A stretch of 64,000 nt of DNA from an uncultured Planctomycetaceae bacterium (lineage in GTDB: Bacteria > Planctomycetota > Phycisphaerae > SM23-33). The stretch spans positions 2,405 through 66,404 of the forward strand of contig CAZTVF010000009.1 of the NCBI GenBank assembly GCA_964616985.1, read 5' to 3'. Under the pieces are notes generated by a model. The model was not told where the DNA came from. It was given only the letters and a program-made list of their open reading frames with translations, and searched no databases. Of the stretch, positions 28,401 through 37,768 are shown in pieces (position 1 is the first letter of the stretch; every line of letters begins with the position of its first letter). Made by a program: the position numbers and the translations under genes.

Positions 28401-29189
28401 TCAAAGCCCCAGCACGTCGCGCATCGTGTACAGGCCGGGCTTCTTGCCGGCGATCCACTGGGCCGCGCGGAGCGCGCCGCGGACGAACGTGTCGCGGGTG
28501 TGGGCGCTGTGGCTGATCGTGATGGTCTCGCCCAGGTTGCCGAAGTGCACCGAGTGCTCGCCCACCGTGTCGCCCACGCGAAGCGCGTGCATGCCGATCT
28601 CGCCCTTCTTACGCGGGCACAGGCCGCCGCGGCCGAACACAGCCGTCTCGCCATATTCCTTGCCGGTGGCTTTGCAGATGCTCTTGGCCAGGGCGATGGC
28701 GGTGCCCGAGGGCGCGTCCTTCTTGAAGCGATGGTGCGTCTCGGACACCTCGATGTCGTAGTCCTCTCCCAGCAGCCTGGCCGCCTGGGCCACCAGCTGC
28801 AGCAGGACGTTCACGCCCACGGACATATTGGCTGAGTGCACGACGGGGATCGACGACGCGGCGTCGGCGACGGCCGCCTGCTGCGACTCGGTCAGCCCGG
28901 TGGTGCCGATGATGATGGGGACGTTGCACGTGCGGCAGACGTCCAGCCAGGCCACCGTCGCGTCGGGGCTGGAAAAGTCGATCAGCGCGTCGGGCGTGGC
29001 GTCGAGCGTCTCGGTGACGGTGAGGCCGAACTTGCCCACGCCGGCGAGATCGCCGATGTCCTTGCCGAGCGCGTCGCTGCCGGCGGCCTCGGTGGCCGCC
29101 ACGATGTCGAACTGCTCCGACTCAATCGCCAGCGCCGCGATCCTGCGTCCCATGCGGCCGGCCGATCCCGTAATTGCGATCTTGGTCAT
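28401..29189 (-). CDS. dapB: 4-hydroxy-tetrahydrodipicolinate reductase
   Basis: GSAGRMG, IDFSSP, IGTTG, NMSVGVN, ETHHRFKKDAPSGTA, GDTVGEH. Confidence 0.97.
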   Translation of the reverse strand: MTKIAITGSAGRMGRRIAALAIESEQFDIVAATEAAGSDALGKDIGDLAGVGKFGLTVTETLDATPDALIDFSSPDATVAWLDVCRTCNVPIIIGTTGLTESQQAAVADAASSIPVVHSANMSVGVNVLLQLVAQAARLLGEDYDIEVSETHHRFKKDAPSGTAIALAKSICKATGKEYGETAVFGRGGLCPRKKGEIGMHALRVGDTVGEHSVHFGNLGETITISHSAHTRDTFVRGALRAAQWIAGKKPGLYTMRDVLGL

Positions 29190-29462
29190 GTGATTACCTC
29201 GTGCGGTGAATTAACACGAAAACGCGGGGAATTACAACCGTAAGCTTCTCGCGGCATGGTCACTTCAGTGATCCATGAAGTGGCGATGTCTGATGCGGGT
29301 CGGGCGGCGGGCGCGATCGATGTTCGCGCGGGCGGGTCGCCTTGCCATCGAGTCGTCGCCGCGTGCCATGCAACAGGGGGCGGCCGCCGTGCGCGAAACC
29401 GCAAGCGGCCGCCAGGGTGTCCGTGACAAGTCCGGGGTTTGTGAAGAGAAGGTTGCGAAGCG

Positions 29463-30176
29463 CTACCCCTGGATGAAATCCAGCGCCACGTCCAGCCCGC
29501 GGACGTAGATGCCGCCGTCGTCGCCGTGTTGCCAGGGATCGGGCTGGTCGCGTCGGACGAGGACGACGTGCTCGATGCCGGCGGCGCGGGCGAAGCCCAG
29601 GTCGGCGGGCGGCTCGTCGCCGACCATGAGGCACCGCGACGGTGTCGTGCCCGCCCGTGCCATCAACGCGCGGTAGAAGTCGCCGCCGCACTTGCCGCCG
29701 CGGGAGACTTCTTCCCCGCCGCAGCAGCCGTCCAGATAGGGCGAGCCGTCGCGCCCGGCCAGGCCGCCCACGGCCAGCTTGCCCAGGATGAACAGCGACG
29801 GGTTGGTGGTGGCGGCGTGAATCTTCAGGCGCGGGAACCGCGACCGCAGGCCGGTGAGGAACGCCGCCGCATCGGCGTGCAGAATGAGGCGTCGGCGGAA
29901 TTCCGTCGACACCGCGTGCCACAGCTCCTCGCCGGTGATGCCGAACTGCGCCTCGACGCCGAAGGGCCATCGCGAGCCGACCATCTCGCCCACGGCCGCC
30001 TCGGCGGCGCGGGCGCGTGCCTCGCCCTCGGCCAGGCCCGTCTTGTGCATGATCAGGCGAAGGAACGGGTCGTGTGTGCCGGGCGTGGCCGCCGCGGCTG
30101 GGTTTGCGGCGGTGATCGTGCCGTCGATGTCGACCAGCACGGTGTCGATTGCGAAGATGGGCTTGCCGTCGCTCAT
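29463..30176 (-). CDS. HAD family hydrolase
   Basis: Motif I DIDGTI, ATTN, K, CLMVGDEPPADLGFARAAGI; start ATG 30176. Confidence 0.85.
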   Translation of the reverse strand: MSDGKPIFAIDTVLVDIDGTITAANPAAAATPGTHDPFLRLIMHKTGLAEGEARARAAEAAVGEMVGSRWPFGVEAQFGITGEELWHAVSTEFRRRLILHADAAAFLTGLRSRFPRLKIHAATTNPSLFILGKLAVGGLAGRDGSPYLDGCCGGEEVSRGGKCGGDFYRALMARAGTTPSRCLMVGDEPPADLGFARAAGIEHVVLVRRDQPDPWQHGDDGGIYVRGLDVALDFIQG

Positions 30177-30184
30177 GCCGCGCC

Positions 30185-31573
30185 TCAATCGATCGTCTTT
30201 GCGATGAACTCGCGGACGCGCTGCTTGTCGTTGGGCAGCACCTGGCAGCGGGTGGGCAGGTGCATCAGCGCGTCGATCCGCTCGTGGCGGGCGAGGTCCT
30301 GCCCGGTGGCGCGGCGGATGGCGTCGGGGAACTTCGCCGGGTGCGCGGTGGCCAGGCACACCACCGGCAGGCGGTCGGCCGGGGCACGCATCGCCACCGA
30401 CACGCCCACGGCCGTGTGCGGGTCCAGCAGGTAGCGATGCTTCGTCCAGAACTCGCCGATGGTGGCCAGCACCTGCTCCTCGGTGGCCGCGCCGGCGAGG
30501 AAGCCGGGGTCTACGCCGCCGGGGCCGCCGGCCGGCACCGAGAGCGAGCCGGTCTTGGCGAAGCCGTTCATCAACTCATTGAGCTTCCCGCTGTCGCCGC
30601 CGACCTTGTGGAAGAGGTACCGCTCGAAGTTGCTGGCGACCTGGATGTCCATCGAGGGGCTGGTGGTCTGGACGACAGCGCCCAGGCTGTACACGCCCGT
30701 GTTGAAGAATCGCGAGAGGATGTCGTTGACGTTGGTCGCCAGCACGAGCTGCGAGATGGGCGCGCCCATCTGCATCGCGTACCAGCCGGCCAGCACGTCG
30801 CCGAAGTTGCCCGTGGGCACGGCCACGCGGACGGCCGGGGCGCCGGTGGCCCGCTGCACGTCGAAGGTGGCGCTGAAGTAGTAGACGATCTGCGCCAGCA
30901 CGCGCGCCCAGTTCACCGAGTTCACCGCCCCCAGCGAGTACTTGCGCTTGAAATCCAGGTCGCCGGCGAGGTCCTTCATGATCCGCTGGCAGTCGTCGAA
31001 GCTTCCCTGGACGGCGATATTGTGGACGTTGTCGTCCAGCACCGTCGTCATCTGGCGTTCCTGGATGGGGCTGGTGCGGAGGTGGGGGTGCATGACGAAG
31101 ATGCGGATGCCCCGCCGGCCGCGAACGCCGTAGATGGCGGCGGAGCCCGTGTCGCCGCTGGTGGCGCCCAGGATGTTGAGCTCGCCGCCGCGGCGGGCCA
31201 GCACGTACTCGAACAGGTTGCCCAGCAGCTGCAGTGCGACGTCCTTGAAGGCCAGCGTCGGCCCATGCCACAGTTCCACGATGTGCACCGGCCCGGCCTG
31301 CACGACCGGGGCGACGGCGGGCTCGAAGACGCTCGGCGCGTACGTCCGGTCGATCATCTCCTGCAGGTCAGCCGCCGGCATGTCGGTGGCGAACAGGCGG
31401 ATGACCTCGAACGCCAGCTTGTTGTACGGCAGCGTCCGCCACTCGCCCAGCTTGGCGCGGACGTTGGGAATGTCCTGGGGGATGACCAGCCCGCCGTCGT
31501 CGGCCAGGCCCATCATGACGGCGTCCTGGAAGTCGATCGGTTCAATCTTCCCGCGTGTGGAGATGTACTTCAT
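30185..31573 (-). CDS. thrC: Threonine synthase
   Basis: MKYISTRG, HGPTLAFKD, ATSGDTGSAA, NSVNWARVLAQ, VPTGNFG, SPSMDIQVASNFER, TAHPAKF. Confidence 0.97.
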   Translation of the reverse strand: MKYISTRGKIEPIDFQDAVMMGLADDGGLVIPQDIPNVRAKLGEWRTLPYNKLAFEVIRLFATDMPAADLQEMIDRTYAPSVFEPAVAPVVQAGPVHIVELWHGPTLAFKDVALQLLGNLFEYVLARRGGELNILGATSGDTGSAAIYGVRGRRGIRIFVMHPHLRTSPIQERQMTTVLDDNVHNIAVQGSFDDCQRIMKDLAGDLDFKRKYSLGAVNSVNWARVLAQIVYYFSATFDVQRATGAPAVRVAVPTGNFGDVLAGWYAMQMGAPISQLVLATNVNDILSRFFNTGVYSLGAVVQTTSPSMDIQVASNFERYLFHKVGGDSGKLNELMNGFAKTGSLSVPAGGPGGVDPGFLAGAATEEQVLATIGEFWTKHRYLLDPHTAVGVSVAMRAPADRLPVVCLATAHPAKFPDAIRRATGQDLARHERIDALMHLPTRCQVLPNDKQRVREFIAKTID

Positions 31574-31651
31574 ATAGTTTCCTTACGCCGGTTTTACCGC
31601 ATCGGGGCGACTTTGGCAACATGGGCGATCAACGCGGCGGGATGGGAGCGG

Positions 31652-31807
31652 GCCGGCGACGCTGCCGTCATCCCGCCCGGCCACGATGCCTGGGTCATCG
31701 GCGACGAGCCCTGCATCATGATCGACTTCAGCGGGGCGGCCGAGTATGGCCGCGCCGACGTGGTGAGCTTCCACTCCGTCGAAAGCATGCTGGACTACGA
31801 GGAGTGA
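31652..31807 (+). pseudogene. C-terminal fragment of a small cupin-domain protein
   Basis: AGDAAVIPPGHDAWVIGDEPCIMIDFSGAAEY matches cupin motif 2; no N-terminal half or in-frame start in the ~80 bp after thrC. Confidence 0.65.
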
Positions 31808-31839
31808 CTCGCAGCGGCGCGCGGCGCAGGGTGGCGGAC

Positions 31840-31909
31840 GGGTGGCGGCCTTCCCAGGCCGCCGCCCAAAGATGTGGACCTTGGCGGCGGCCTGGGAAGG
31901 CCGCCACCC
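31840..31909. repeat. Long GC-rich hairpin (REP-like), possible terminator
   Basis: gggtggcggccttcccaggccgccgcc...ggcggcggcctgggaaggccgccaccc; the arm is shared with 8553 and 11487. Confidence 0.8.
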
Positions 31910-31941
31910 TCATGGCTGTGCCCTGGCAAACGGCCATGACG

Positions 31942-33066
31942 TCAGAACTGCCCCAGCGCCGCGAAGGCGCTGAAGCCCGCGCCGAAGGCGAGCAGCATCA
32001 CCTTCTGCCCCCGCACCGGGCGGCGGGCGAGAATCCTGTCCAGCACGAACAGCACCGAAGGCGACGACATGTTCCCGTACTCGCGCAGCACCTCGTATGA
32101 CGCCTCCAACTGTGCGCTTTGCAGCCCCATCTCCTCGCCCACGCACTGGAGCACCGCCGACCCGCCGGGATGCACCGCCCACCAGTCAATGTCCTGCCGC
32201 TTGAGGCGGTGGCGAGCGAGGAGGGCGTCGGCGACCTCGGCGACCGCGCGGGCGCCGATGATCGGCACGCGCCGCGACAGCACGTTTCGCAGGCGGCCTT
32301 GCTCGCTGCGATAGCGAAGCTCCTGGCGATGCTGCGGGAACACGGCCGTCTGGAAATCGATCAGCGTCAGCAGGCGGTTCATCGCCGCCGCATCGGCGTC
32401 CTCGCCGGCAGGGGTGACGATGGCCGCGGCAGCACCGTCGCCGAAGATGCAGTTGCTCACCACCAGGTCGTCGCAGGGGCCGATGAACATCGTGGCCGAG
32501 CATATCTCGACGGCCACGCTGAGGACCGGCCCGTCCGCGCGAGGCGCCAGCCCCGCGGCGCATTCAAGGTTCGGGATGGCCGCACCGCAGCCCATGCCCA
32601 TCAGGTCCATCGTCTTGACCCCAGGCCGCAGCACGAGGTCCTCGACGAGATACGACGAAAGCCCCGGGCAGGCGTACCCCGTGCAGGTGTTCACCACCAC
32701 GCCGCCCAACTGGTCCGCCTCGAGCCCCGCAGCCGCCATCGCCTTCTGCGCCGCCTGGGCCGCCAGCCGCCGCCCGTGTGCGATGAACCGCTCGTTCTGC
32801 GCATCGGGCGACGCCTGGGCCACCTGCTCGTCGTCATCGATGGCGATGTATCGCCCGCGGATGGGGCCCTCCAGCAGGATGCGGCGGTAGAGCTCGCGCT
32901 GCGGCGCCGCCAGGGGAAAGTGCGACGTGAAGAAGTCGTACGCCTCGCGGCCGGTCGCATAGCGGGGCGGGTTGGCGGTGGCCAGGCCGGCCATCGCGAC
33001 GGGCGCCGGCAGGGGGGGCCGCGCCGCCGGCGGGGCCGGGATGGGCTGAACCCGCACGGGCGTCAT
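31942..33066 (-). CDS. Type III polyketide synthase (chalcone synthase-like)
   Basis: Catalytic triad MGCGAA / HPGG / GNMSS; TCTG, VEICS, FGDGAAA, AFGAGF; ATGA overlap with the radical SAM gene. Confidence 0.93.
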   Translation of the reverse strand: MTPVRVQPIPAPPAARPPLPAPVAMAGLATANPPRYATGREAYDFFTSHFPLAAPQRELYRRILLEGPIRGRYIAIDDDEQVAQASPDAQNERFIAHGRRLAAQAAQKAMAAAGLEADQLGGVVVNTCTGYACPGLSSYLVEDLVLRPGVKTMDLMGMGCGAAIPNLECAAGLAPRADGPVLSVAVEICSATMFIGPCDDLVVSNCIFGDGAAAAIVTPAGEDADAAAMNRLLTLIDFQTAVFPQHRQELRYRSEQGRLRNVLSRRVPIIGARAVAEVADALLARHRLKRQDIDWWAVHPGGSAVLQCVGEEMGLQSAQLEASYEVLREYGNMSSPSVLFVLDRILARRPVRGQKVMLLAFGAGFSAFAALGQF

Positions 33067-34493
33067 GTCTGTACTCCCAGTAGCTTGAGCACGCGCCGAA
33101 CGCGCCGCGTGTGCCGCCACAGCGGCGGCCGGAATCCCAGCCGGTACGACACGCCCAGCACCTTCTGCAGCAGCGGCAGGCCGATGGCGCTGGCGATGAT
33201 GAAGTTGAGGTTCTCCCGTCCCGCCGCCCCCAGCTCGCGCTGCATCCACGCCAGGTCCACCTGCGGCGAGCAGTAGAACACCGGCGACAGCATCTCCCGC
33301 GCACCGGCCGCAAGCACGCCCTGGCGGCGGGCGATGCGTTCCAGTTCGGTGCCCGGATAGATGCGGATGCCGGTCTGGAAGAACGCGGTGTCGCCGGGGC
33401 GGATGCATGTTTTGGCGAAGCGGAGTGTCTGGCCGACCGTCTCTTGCGTCTCGCTCGGGCCGCCGAGCATGAAGATCCACAGGCAGGGCACCTTGTGCCG
33501 CGCGACCACCTCGGCCGTGCGATGCACGTCGGCGGCGGTGAAGCCCTTGCCCAGGCCGGCCAGCACGGGGTCGGCGGCGCTCTCGACCGTGATGCCCATG
33601 CCGACGAAGCCCGCCCGCTCCATGGCCGTCATCAGCGCGTCGTCCAGGAAACGCGGGTTCATCTCCAGGCTCTGGAGGCGCACGCGGGGCCGCTGGCCGG
33701 CCAGGCAGCGGCAGATCTCCATCGCGTGCTCGTAGGGCGAATTGAAAACGTTGTCGACGAACTCGAAGTCGCGGAACCCCTTGCGGGCGAGCGCGGCGAT
33801 GGCGCGGGCGACGGCGGCGGGCTCGTGCAGGCGGTACTGGCGGCCCTCGCCGACGTTGTACGTGCAGTAGACACAGTCGAAGGGGCAGCCTCGCTTGCTC
33901 TGCACGGGCACCGCGCTCATCCGCGAGAGGTACGCCCGCGTGTCCAGCCAGCGCGGCAGGTCGGGCACGGTGCAGTCTGCCAGCGGGGCCGAGGCGGGGG
34001 CATCGCCGCAGCGGCCGATGACGCCGTTCTCTCGCCACAGCACGCCGGCGATTCCCCTCAGCGGACGCCCGGCCTGCAGCGCGTCGAGGATTCCCGGGAA
34101 GGTCGCCTCACCATCGCCCGCGGCGGCGGCGTCGGCGCCGGTGTGTTCCAGCAGCGCCTCGGGCATGACGTTCACTGCGGCCCCGCCGATGACGAGCGTC
34201 GCCCGCGAATGCTCGCGCACGAGACGGGCGAGGGCGGCTGCGCCGTCGGCCAGCGGCTGCGGGGTGTGGATGTCGTTGTTGTCGATGTTGCGGATGGACA
34301 AGCCGACGACGTCGGGCTTGAACGCGGCCAGTTCCGCCGCCACCGCCGCGGCGGGGTCGGCCGCGAACATCAGGTCGAGCAGTTTCGTCTCATGCCCCGC
34401 GCGCTGCGCCGCCTGCGCGGCCAGGCACGCGCCGAACGGCATCACCGCCAGCGGCTGGGTGCAGCGATTGGTATTCACGACCAAGACGCGCAA
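33063..34493 (-). CDS. B12-binding domain / radical SAM protein (lipid-biosynthesis-associated type)
   Basis: AAGGAG plus TTG; RVLVVNTN..PLAVMPFG, PDVVGLSIRNIDN, QSKRGCPFDCVYC, FVDNVFN, GIRIYPGT. Confidence 0.9.
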   Translation of the reverse strand: MRVLVVNTNRCTQPLAVMPFGACLAAQAAQRAGHETKLLDLMFAADPAAAVAAELAAFKPDVVGLSIRNIDNNDIHTPQPLADGAAALARLVREHSRATLVIGGAAVNVMPEALLEHTGADAAAAGDGEATFPGILDALQAGRPLRGIAGVLWRENGVIGRCGDAPASAPLADCTVPDLPRWLDTRAYLSRMSAVPVQSKRGCPFDCVYCTYNVGEGRQYRLHEPAAVARAIAALARKGFRDFEFVDNVFNSPYEHAMEICRCLAGQRPRVRLQSLEMNPRFLDDALMTAMERAGFVGMGITVESAADPVLAGLGKGFTAADVHRTAEVVARHKVPCLWIFMLGGPSETQETVGQTLRFAKTCIRPGDTAFFQTGIRIYPGTELERIARRQGVLAAGAREMLSPVFYCSPQVDLAWMQRELGAAGRENLNFIIASAIGLPLLQKVLGVSYRLGFRPPLWRHTRRVRRVLKLLGVQT

Positions 34494-34530
34494 AGCAGTA
34501 GCTCTCCTTCCGCACACAGGAATCGGCCAG

Positions 34531-34583
34531 AGGCTATGCATGCTATGCGCCGAGGTCAACCGACTCAAACCATGATTGGTTTG
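34531..34583 (-). promoter_or_regulatory. Putative sigma70 promoter TTGACC-17-TAGCCT with upstream palindromic operator CAAACCA-N4-TGGTTTG
   Basis: -35 at 34559-34554, -10 at 34536-34531, inverted repeat at 34566-34583. Confidence 0.5.
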
Positions 34584-34764
34584 GATTCGATGGTTGCGAT
34601 GATGTGGTGCCATGCGGGACTCGCGTCGGACGGCGTCATCGCGTTCCACTGCGCTGCGAGCGACGCAATGCCTTTGCCGTGTCACCGCGGTTTCCTTCCG
34701 GGTTCAGCCCTCGTGCACAATGGCACTCGTCCGGCAAGGGGATGGACCCAGAAATGGATCATAC

Positions 34765-34894
34765 AAAGGGCGCAATAGAAGCCCGTGGAACAAAACCAAC
34801 CGTGGGTATTGCGCCCTTGCAGGGCTTGGAATTCGCACTCGCCCGCTAACCCAGGGCTTTGCCCTGGGCTTCAGGATGCCAGCCTTTCAGGCTG
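34765..34894. repeat. REP-like palindromic cluster
   Basis: aagggcgcaata/tattgcgccctt, gcccttgcagggc, cccagggctttgccctggg, cagcctttcaggctg. Confidence 0.7.
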
Positions 34895-34945
34895 GACAGA
34901 TGGCTCCGCCGAGACAACGCTCCCTTCATTGGCAAGCGGCAAACG

Positions 34946-36040
34946 TCAGCTGTCCTTCTCCGGCAGGGCGCGGGACTGGCGGAGGCCGTCGATCTTGTCC
35001 AGGGGGCGCTGGAGCATGTTCGAGCGCGTCGTGCGGACCACGTCGAACTGCTTGGCGGCGGCTTCGATGCGGGTGCCGAGCGTGTCGAATTCCGCAACGT
35101 ACTTCTCCCACTGTTTGCGGAACTCGGCCAGGTGCTCGATGATCTCGTCGGCGGTCTTCATGACGTTGAAGTTCTCGGCCGCCTGCCGCATGATGGCGAG
35201 CTTGGCGTACAGCGTCAGCGGGCTGCACAGCACGACGCGGAGGCGCAGGGCCTCGTCGATCAGGTCGGGCTGGCACTCCATCACCAGGCTGAAAATCTGC
35301 TCGGAGGCGATGAACACGATCACGTAGGGCACCGTGGGCACCTTGGGGTCGATGTAGCCGCGTGCGGCCACCGCGCGGATGTGCCCGCGGACGGCGCCGC
35401 ACAGGTCGCGGAGGCAGGCGGTGCGGTCGGTGTCGGTGGGGGCGTCAACGTAGGCCTTGTACTTCTCCAGCGGGAACTTGACGTCCATGTTCACCTTCAG
35501 GCCGTTGGGCAGCAGGAAGGTGAAGTCGGGGCGGTCGCCGCCGGCGGCGTCGGCCGTGGATTGCTTGACGTAGTTGATGTTCTCCTGCAGGCCGGCGAGA
35601 CGAAGCACGTCCTCGGCCATCCGCTCGCCCCAGGCGCCGCGGCGCTGGGTGCTGGCCAGCATGCGGTGAAGCTCGCCCGCCGTCGTCGTCAGCGAATTCA
35701 GCGACTGGCCCAGGCGGCCGAAGTCCTGCTGCCGCTGCGTCTCGACGCTCTGCAGCAGCTGGCGGATCTTTTCGAGGCGGTCGTTGACGGCCAGCACCGA
35801 TTGGTCGATCAGCGCCTTCTTGCCGTCGAGGGCTGCGCCGGCGGCGTCGTTGAGGCGTTTGGAGTTCCCGTCGAGCAGTTCGACGAGTCGCCGGCTGTTG
35901 CCGTCGAGGGCCTCGGAGGCCAGGGCGGCGAAGGTCTCCCGCATCTGCCTGGCGGCCGCCCCCGCGCGCACCACGCTCACGACGAGGGCGATGCCCGCGC
36001 CCAGCACGGCACCGATCGCAAATCCGATCATGAATTCCAT
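34946..36040 (-). CDS. rmuC: DNA recombination protein RmuC
   Basis: N-terminal TM plus coiled coil; RGAWGE, RPDF..LP, MDVKFPL, FIASEQIF, CSPLTLYA. Confidence 0.92.
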   Translation of the reverse strand: MEFMIGFAIGAVLGAGIALVVSVVRAGAAARQMRETFAALASEALDGNSRRLVELLDGNSKRLNDAAGAALDGKKALIDQSVLAVNDRLEKIRQLLQSVETQRQQDFGRLGQSLNSLTTTAGELHRMLASTQRRGAWGERMAEDVLRLAGLQENINYVKQSTADAAGGDRPDFTFLLPNGLKVNMDVKFPLEKYKAYVDAPTDTDRTACLRDLCGAVRGHIRAVAARGYIDPKVPTVPYVIVFIASEQIFSLVMECQPDLIDEALRLRVVLCSPLTLYAKLAIMRQAAENFNVMKTADEIIEHLAEFRKQWEKYVAEFDTLGTRIEAAAKQFDVVRTTRSNMLQRPLDKIDGLRQSRALPEKDS

Positions 36041-36054
36041 AGAAGACTCCCGGC

Positions 36055-36831
36055 TCAGCAGAACAGAAGCAGTTCGAGCACGATGACGGCCGCCCCGGCC
36101 AGGAGGCTGCCGATGGCAGCGGCCCAGCCCAGGGGCACGGCGCGGCAGCGGGTCTCGTCGCCGTCGACCACGCCGGCGGCCAGGTGCACGACCGTCGCCA
36201 GGGCCAGGGCCAACGCGCTGCCGGCCCCGATGGCGGTGGTCCACGTTCGCCACTCGCCGCTGCTGAGCAGCAGGTTGAACGCGACGATCGTCAGCAGGTA
36301 CAGGAAGATCGGCAGGCCCAGGACCATCAGCGTCTTTTCAAACCCCGCCCGCCCGCGGCCGATGCCCAGCAGCGCCCCGGCCGGCAGCGCCAGCGGCAGG
36401 GCCGCGGCGACCATGGCGGCGCCCGCGATGTAAAGCGTCCGGATCGAGGTGCCCATCTTGAGCAGCGTGGCGGCGTCGCCGGTGCCCGTGGCGGCGCCCA
36501 CGAGCAGGTAGGCTCCGTTGCTCATCAGGGCGACCACGGCCAGCATCAAGGCCCAGAAGCTCAGGCGGCTCTTGAGGCACCACAAAGCGAGGAACGCCAC
36601 CAGCGGCACGCCGGTCCCGAAGAGAAACCCGCCCCACGTCGCGGCCCGCAGTTCGGGCACGGCCTGGTACTTGGTCACCGACCAGGTCAGCGGCGAGATC
36701 GAGATGGACTGGACGTGTCCGCCCGTGCCGCGGACCGCGGCCGCGTGACCCAGTTCATGCACGAGCATCGAGCCGTTGTACGCCAGCACGAACGCGCCGG
36801 CGACGATCAGGAATTGTTGAAGACTTCTCAT
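36055..36831 (-). CDS. M50B-like membrane metallopeptidase family protein
   Basis: LVHELGHA HExxH motif in a TM segment; GTGDA motif; multi-TM. Confidence 0.7.
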   Translation of the reverse strand: MRSLQQFLIVAGAFVLAYNGSMLVHELGHAAAVRGTGGHVQSISISPLTWSVTKYQAVPELRAATWGGFLFGTGVPLVAFLALWCLKSRLSFWALMLAVVALMSNGAYLLVGAATGTGDAATLLKMGTSIRTLYIAGAAMVAAALPLALPAGALLGIGRGRAGFEKTLMVLGLPIFLYLLTIVAFNLLLSSGEWRTWTTAIGAGSALALALATVVHLAAGVVDGDETRCRAVPLGWAAAIGSLLAGAAVIVLELLLFC

Positions 36832-36861
36832 GGTCGAGCCTGCTTCCGGAGAAGGAACTTA

Positions 36862-37006
36862 ACCGCAGAGATCGCGGAGAACGCGGAGAAGATAAGAGAG
36901 AAGACAGAAGAGGAAGAGAGACGCTGGGGTGTGGATGTGCGTGCCCGTGCCTGTCTTCTATCTTCCTGCATTTCTTCTCTCTGCGGTCTTTGCGTTCTCT
37001 GCGGCG
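36862..37006. repeat. Inverted nonamer-repeat element
   Basis: ccgcagagatcgcggagaacgcggagaag ... ctctgcggtctttgcgttctctgcgg, with purine-rich then pyrimidine-rich inner arms. Confidence 0.75.
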
Positions 37007-37023
37007 AACCCAACGCCGCCGCC

Positions 37024-37527
37024 TCAAAAGTACTGCTGGAAGCGGTGCCGGCTGGCGGCGTCGAGCTCGTTGATGTCGTGCAGTTCGTAGGTGTTGCCGT
37101 CGGCGTCGCGGAACAGCGCCCGCACGCCCGACAGCACGCGAACATCGTCACGCGTGCGGATCTGGAACGTCACCACGCCACGGTCGGTCTGGGCCGTCAC
37201 GGAACTGACGCCGAACTCTTCCTTGTAGTCCACCACCCGCTGGATCCGCGGGTTGAACATGCGGCTGCGGAGTTCCTCCTCGACGAGCGAGCGGCTGGCG
37301 GCGTCGAGCTCGTCCAGCGTCTTGAGCAGGACGATCTCCTTGCCTTCCTTGGTGCGGATCGCGATGTAGGCATCCGGCAGCGACCAGGGGAAGCACTTGG
37401 CCACCCGCGCGTCGACGACGGGCTCGGCCCGGCCCTGCTGGTGCACCACCAGAAGCCCGGCCTCGTTGCGCTCGATCCTGGTCACCGGCCCCAGCGGCGG
37501 GGCGGTCTTGGCGGCATCATCACTCAT
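37024..37527 (-). CDS. DUF1854 domain-containing protein
   Basis: CFPWSLPDAYIAI..EGKEI, F.PRIQRV, TDRGVVTF, DADGNTY. Confidence 0.85.
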   Translation of the reverse strand: MSDDAAKTAPPLGPVTRIERNEAGLLVVHQQGRAEPVVDARVAKCFPWSLPDAYIAIRTKEGKEIVLLKTLDELDAASRSLVEEELRSRMFNPRIQRVVDYKEEFGVSSVTAQTDRGVVTFQIRTRDDVRVLSGVRALFRDADGNTYELHDINELDAASRHRFQQYF

Positions 37528-37692
37528 GCACACAGAGTAGCGAGATTGGCCGCAAAATGCGAGGGGTCGCAGGGGAAGGCGCCGCAGGGCAATCGCATGT
37601 GCGTAGCACGACTATCTTGACCGTGTGCAGGGGCGAGACGCCCGTGCTACGAGTACAGCGCATCCCATTGCCCTGGAGGGCACGTTCCCTCA

Positions 37693-37721
37693 TTGAGTGG
37701 GGCGGCCGATTCTGCTATGCT
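37693..37721 (+). promoter_or_regulatory. Putative sigma70 promoter TTGAGT-17-TATGCT with extended -10
   Basis: Canonical spacing, 47 nt upstream of ATG 37769. Confidence 0.55.
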
Positions 37722-37768
37722 GCGACCGTTGCGTGCCATTCCTTTCCGGCGCGAAGCGAGGAGTACCG

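Noticed and set aside
29190-29462. Lysine riboswitch upstream of dapB
   Set aside because: No recognisable L-box conserved elements.
34584-34760. Cobalamin or c-di-GMP riboswitch upstream of the B12 radical SAM
   Set aside because: No B12 box; a GGCAAA start is present but the GAAA loop/receptor architecture is missing.
37024-37527. Cyanophycin-associated ABC module (DUF1854)
   Set aside because: No adjacent ABC transporter or cphA; the ABC exporter is about 15 kb away on the other strand.
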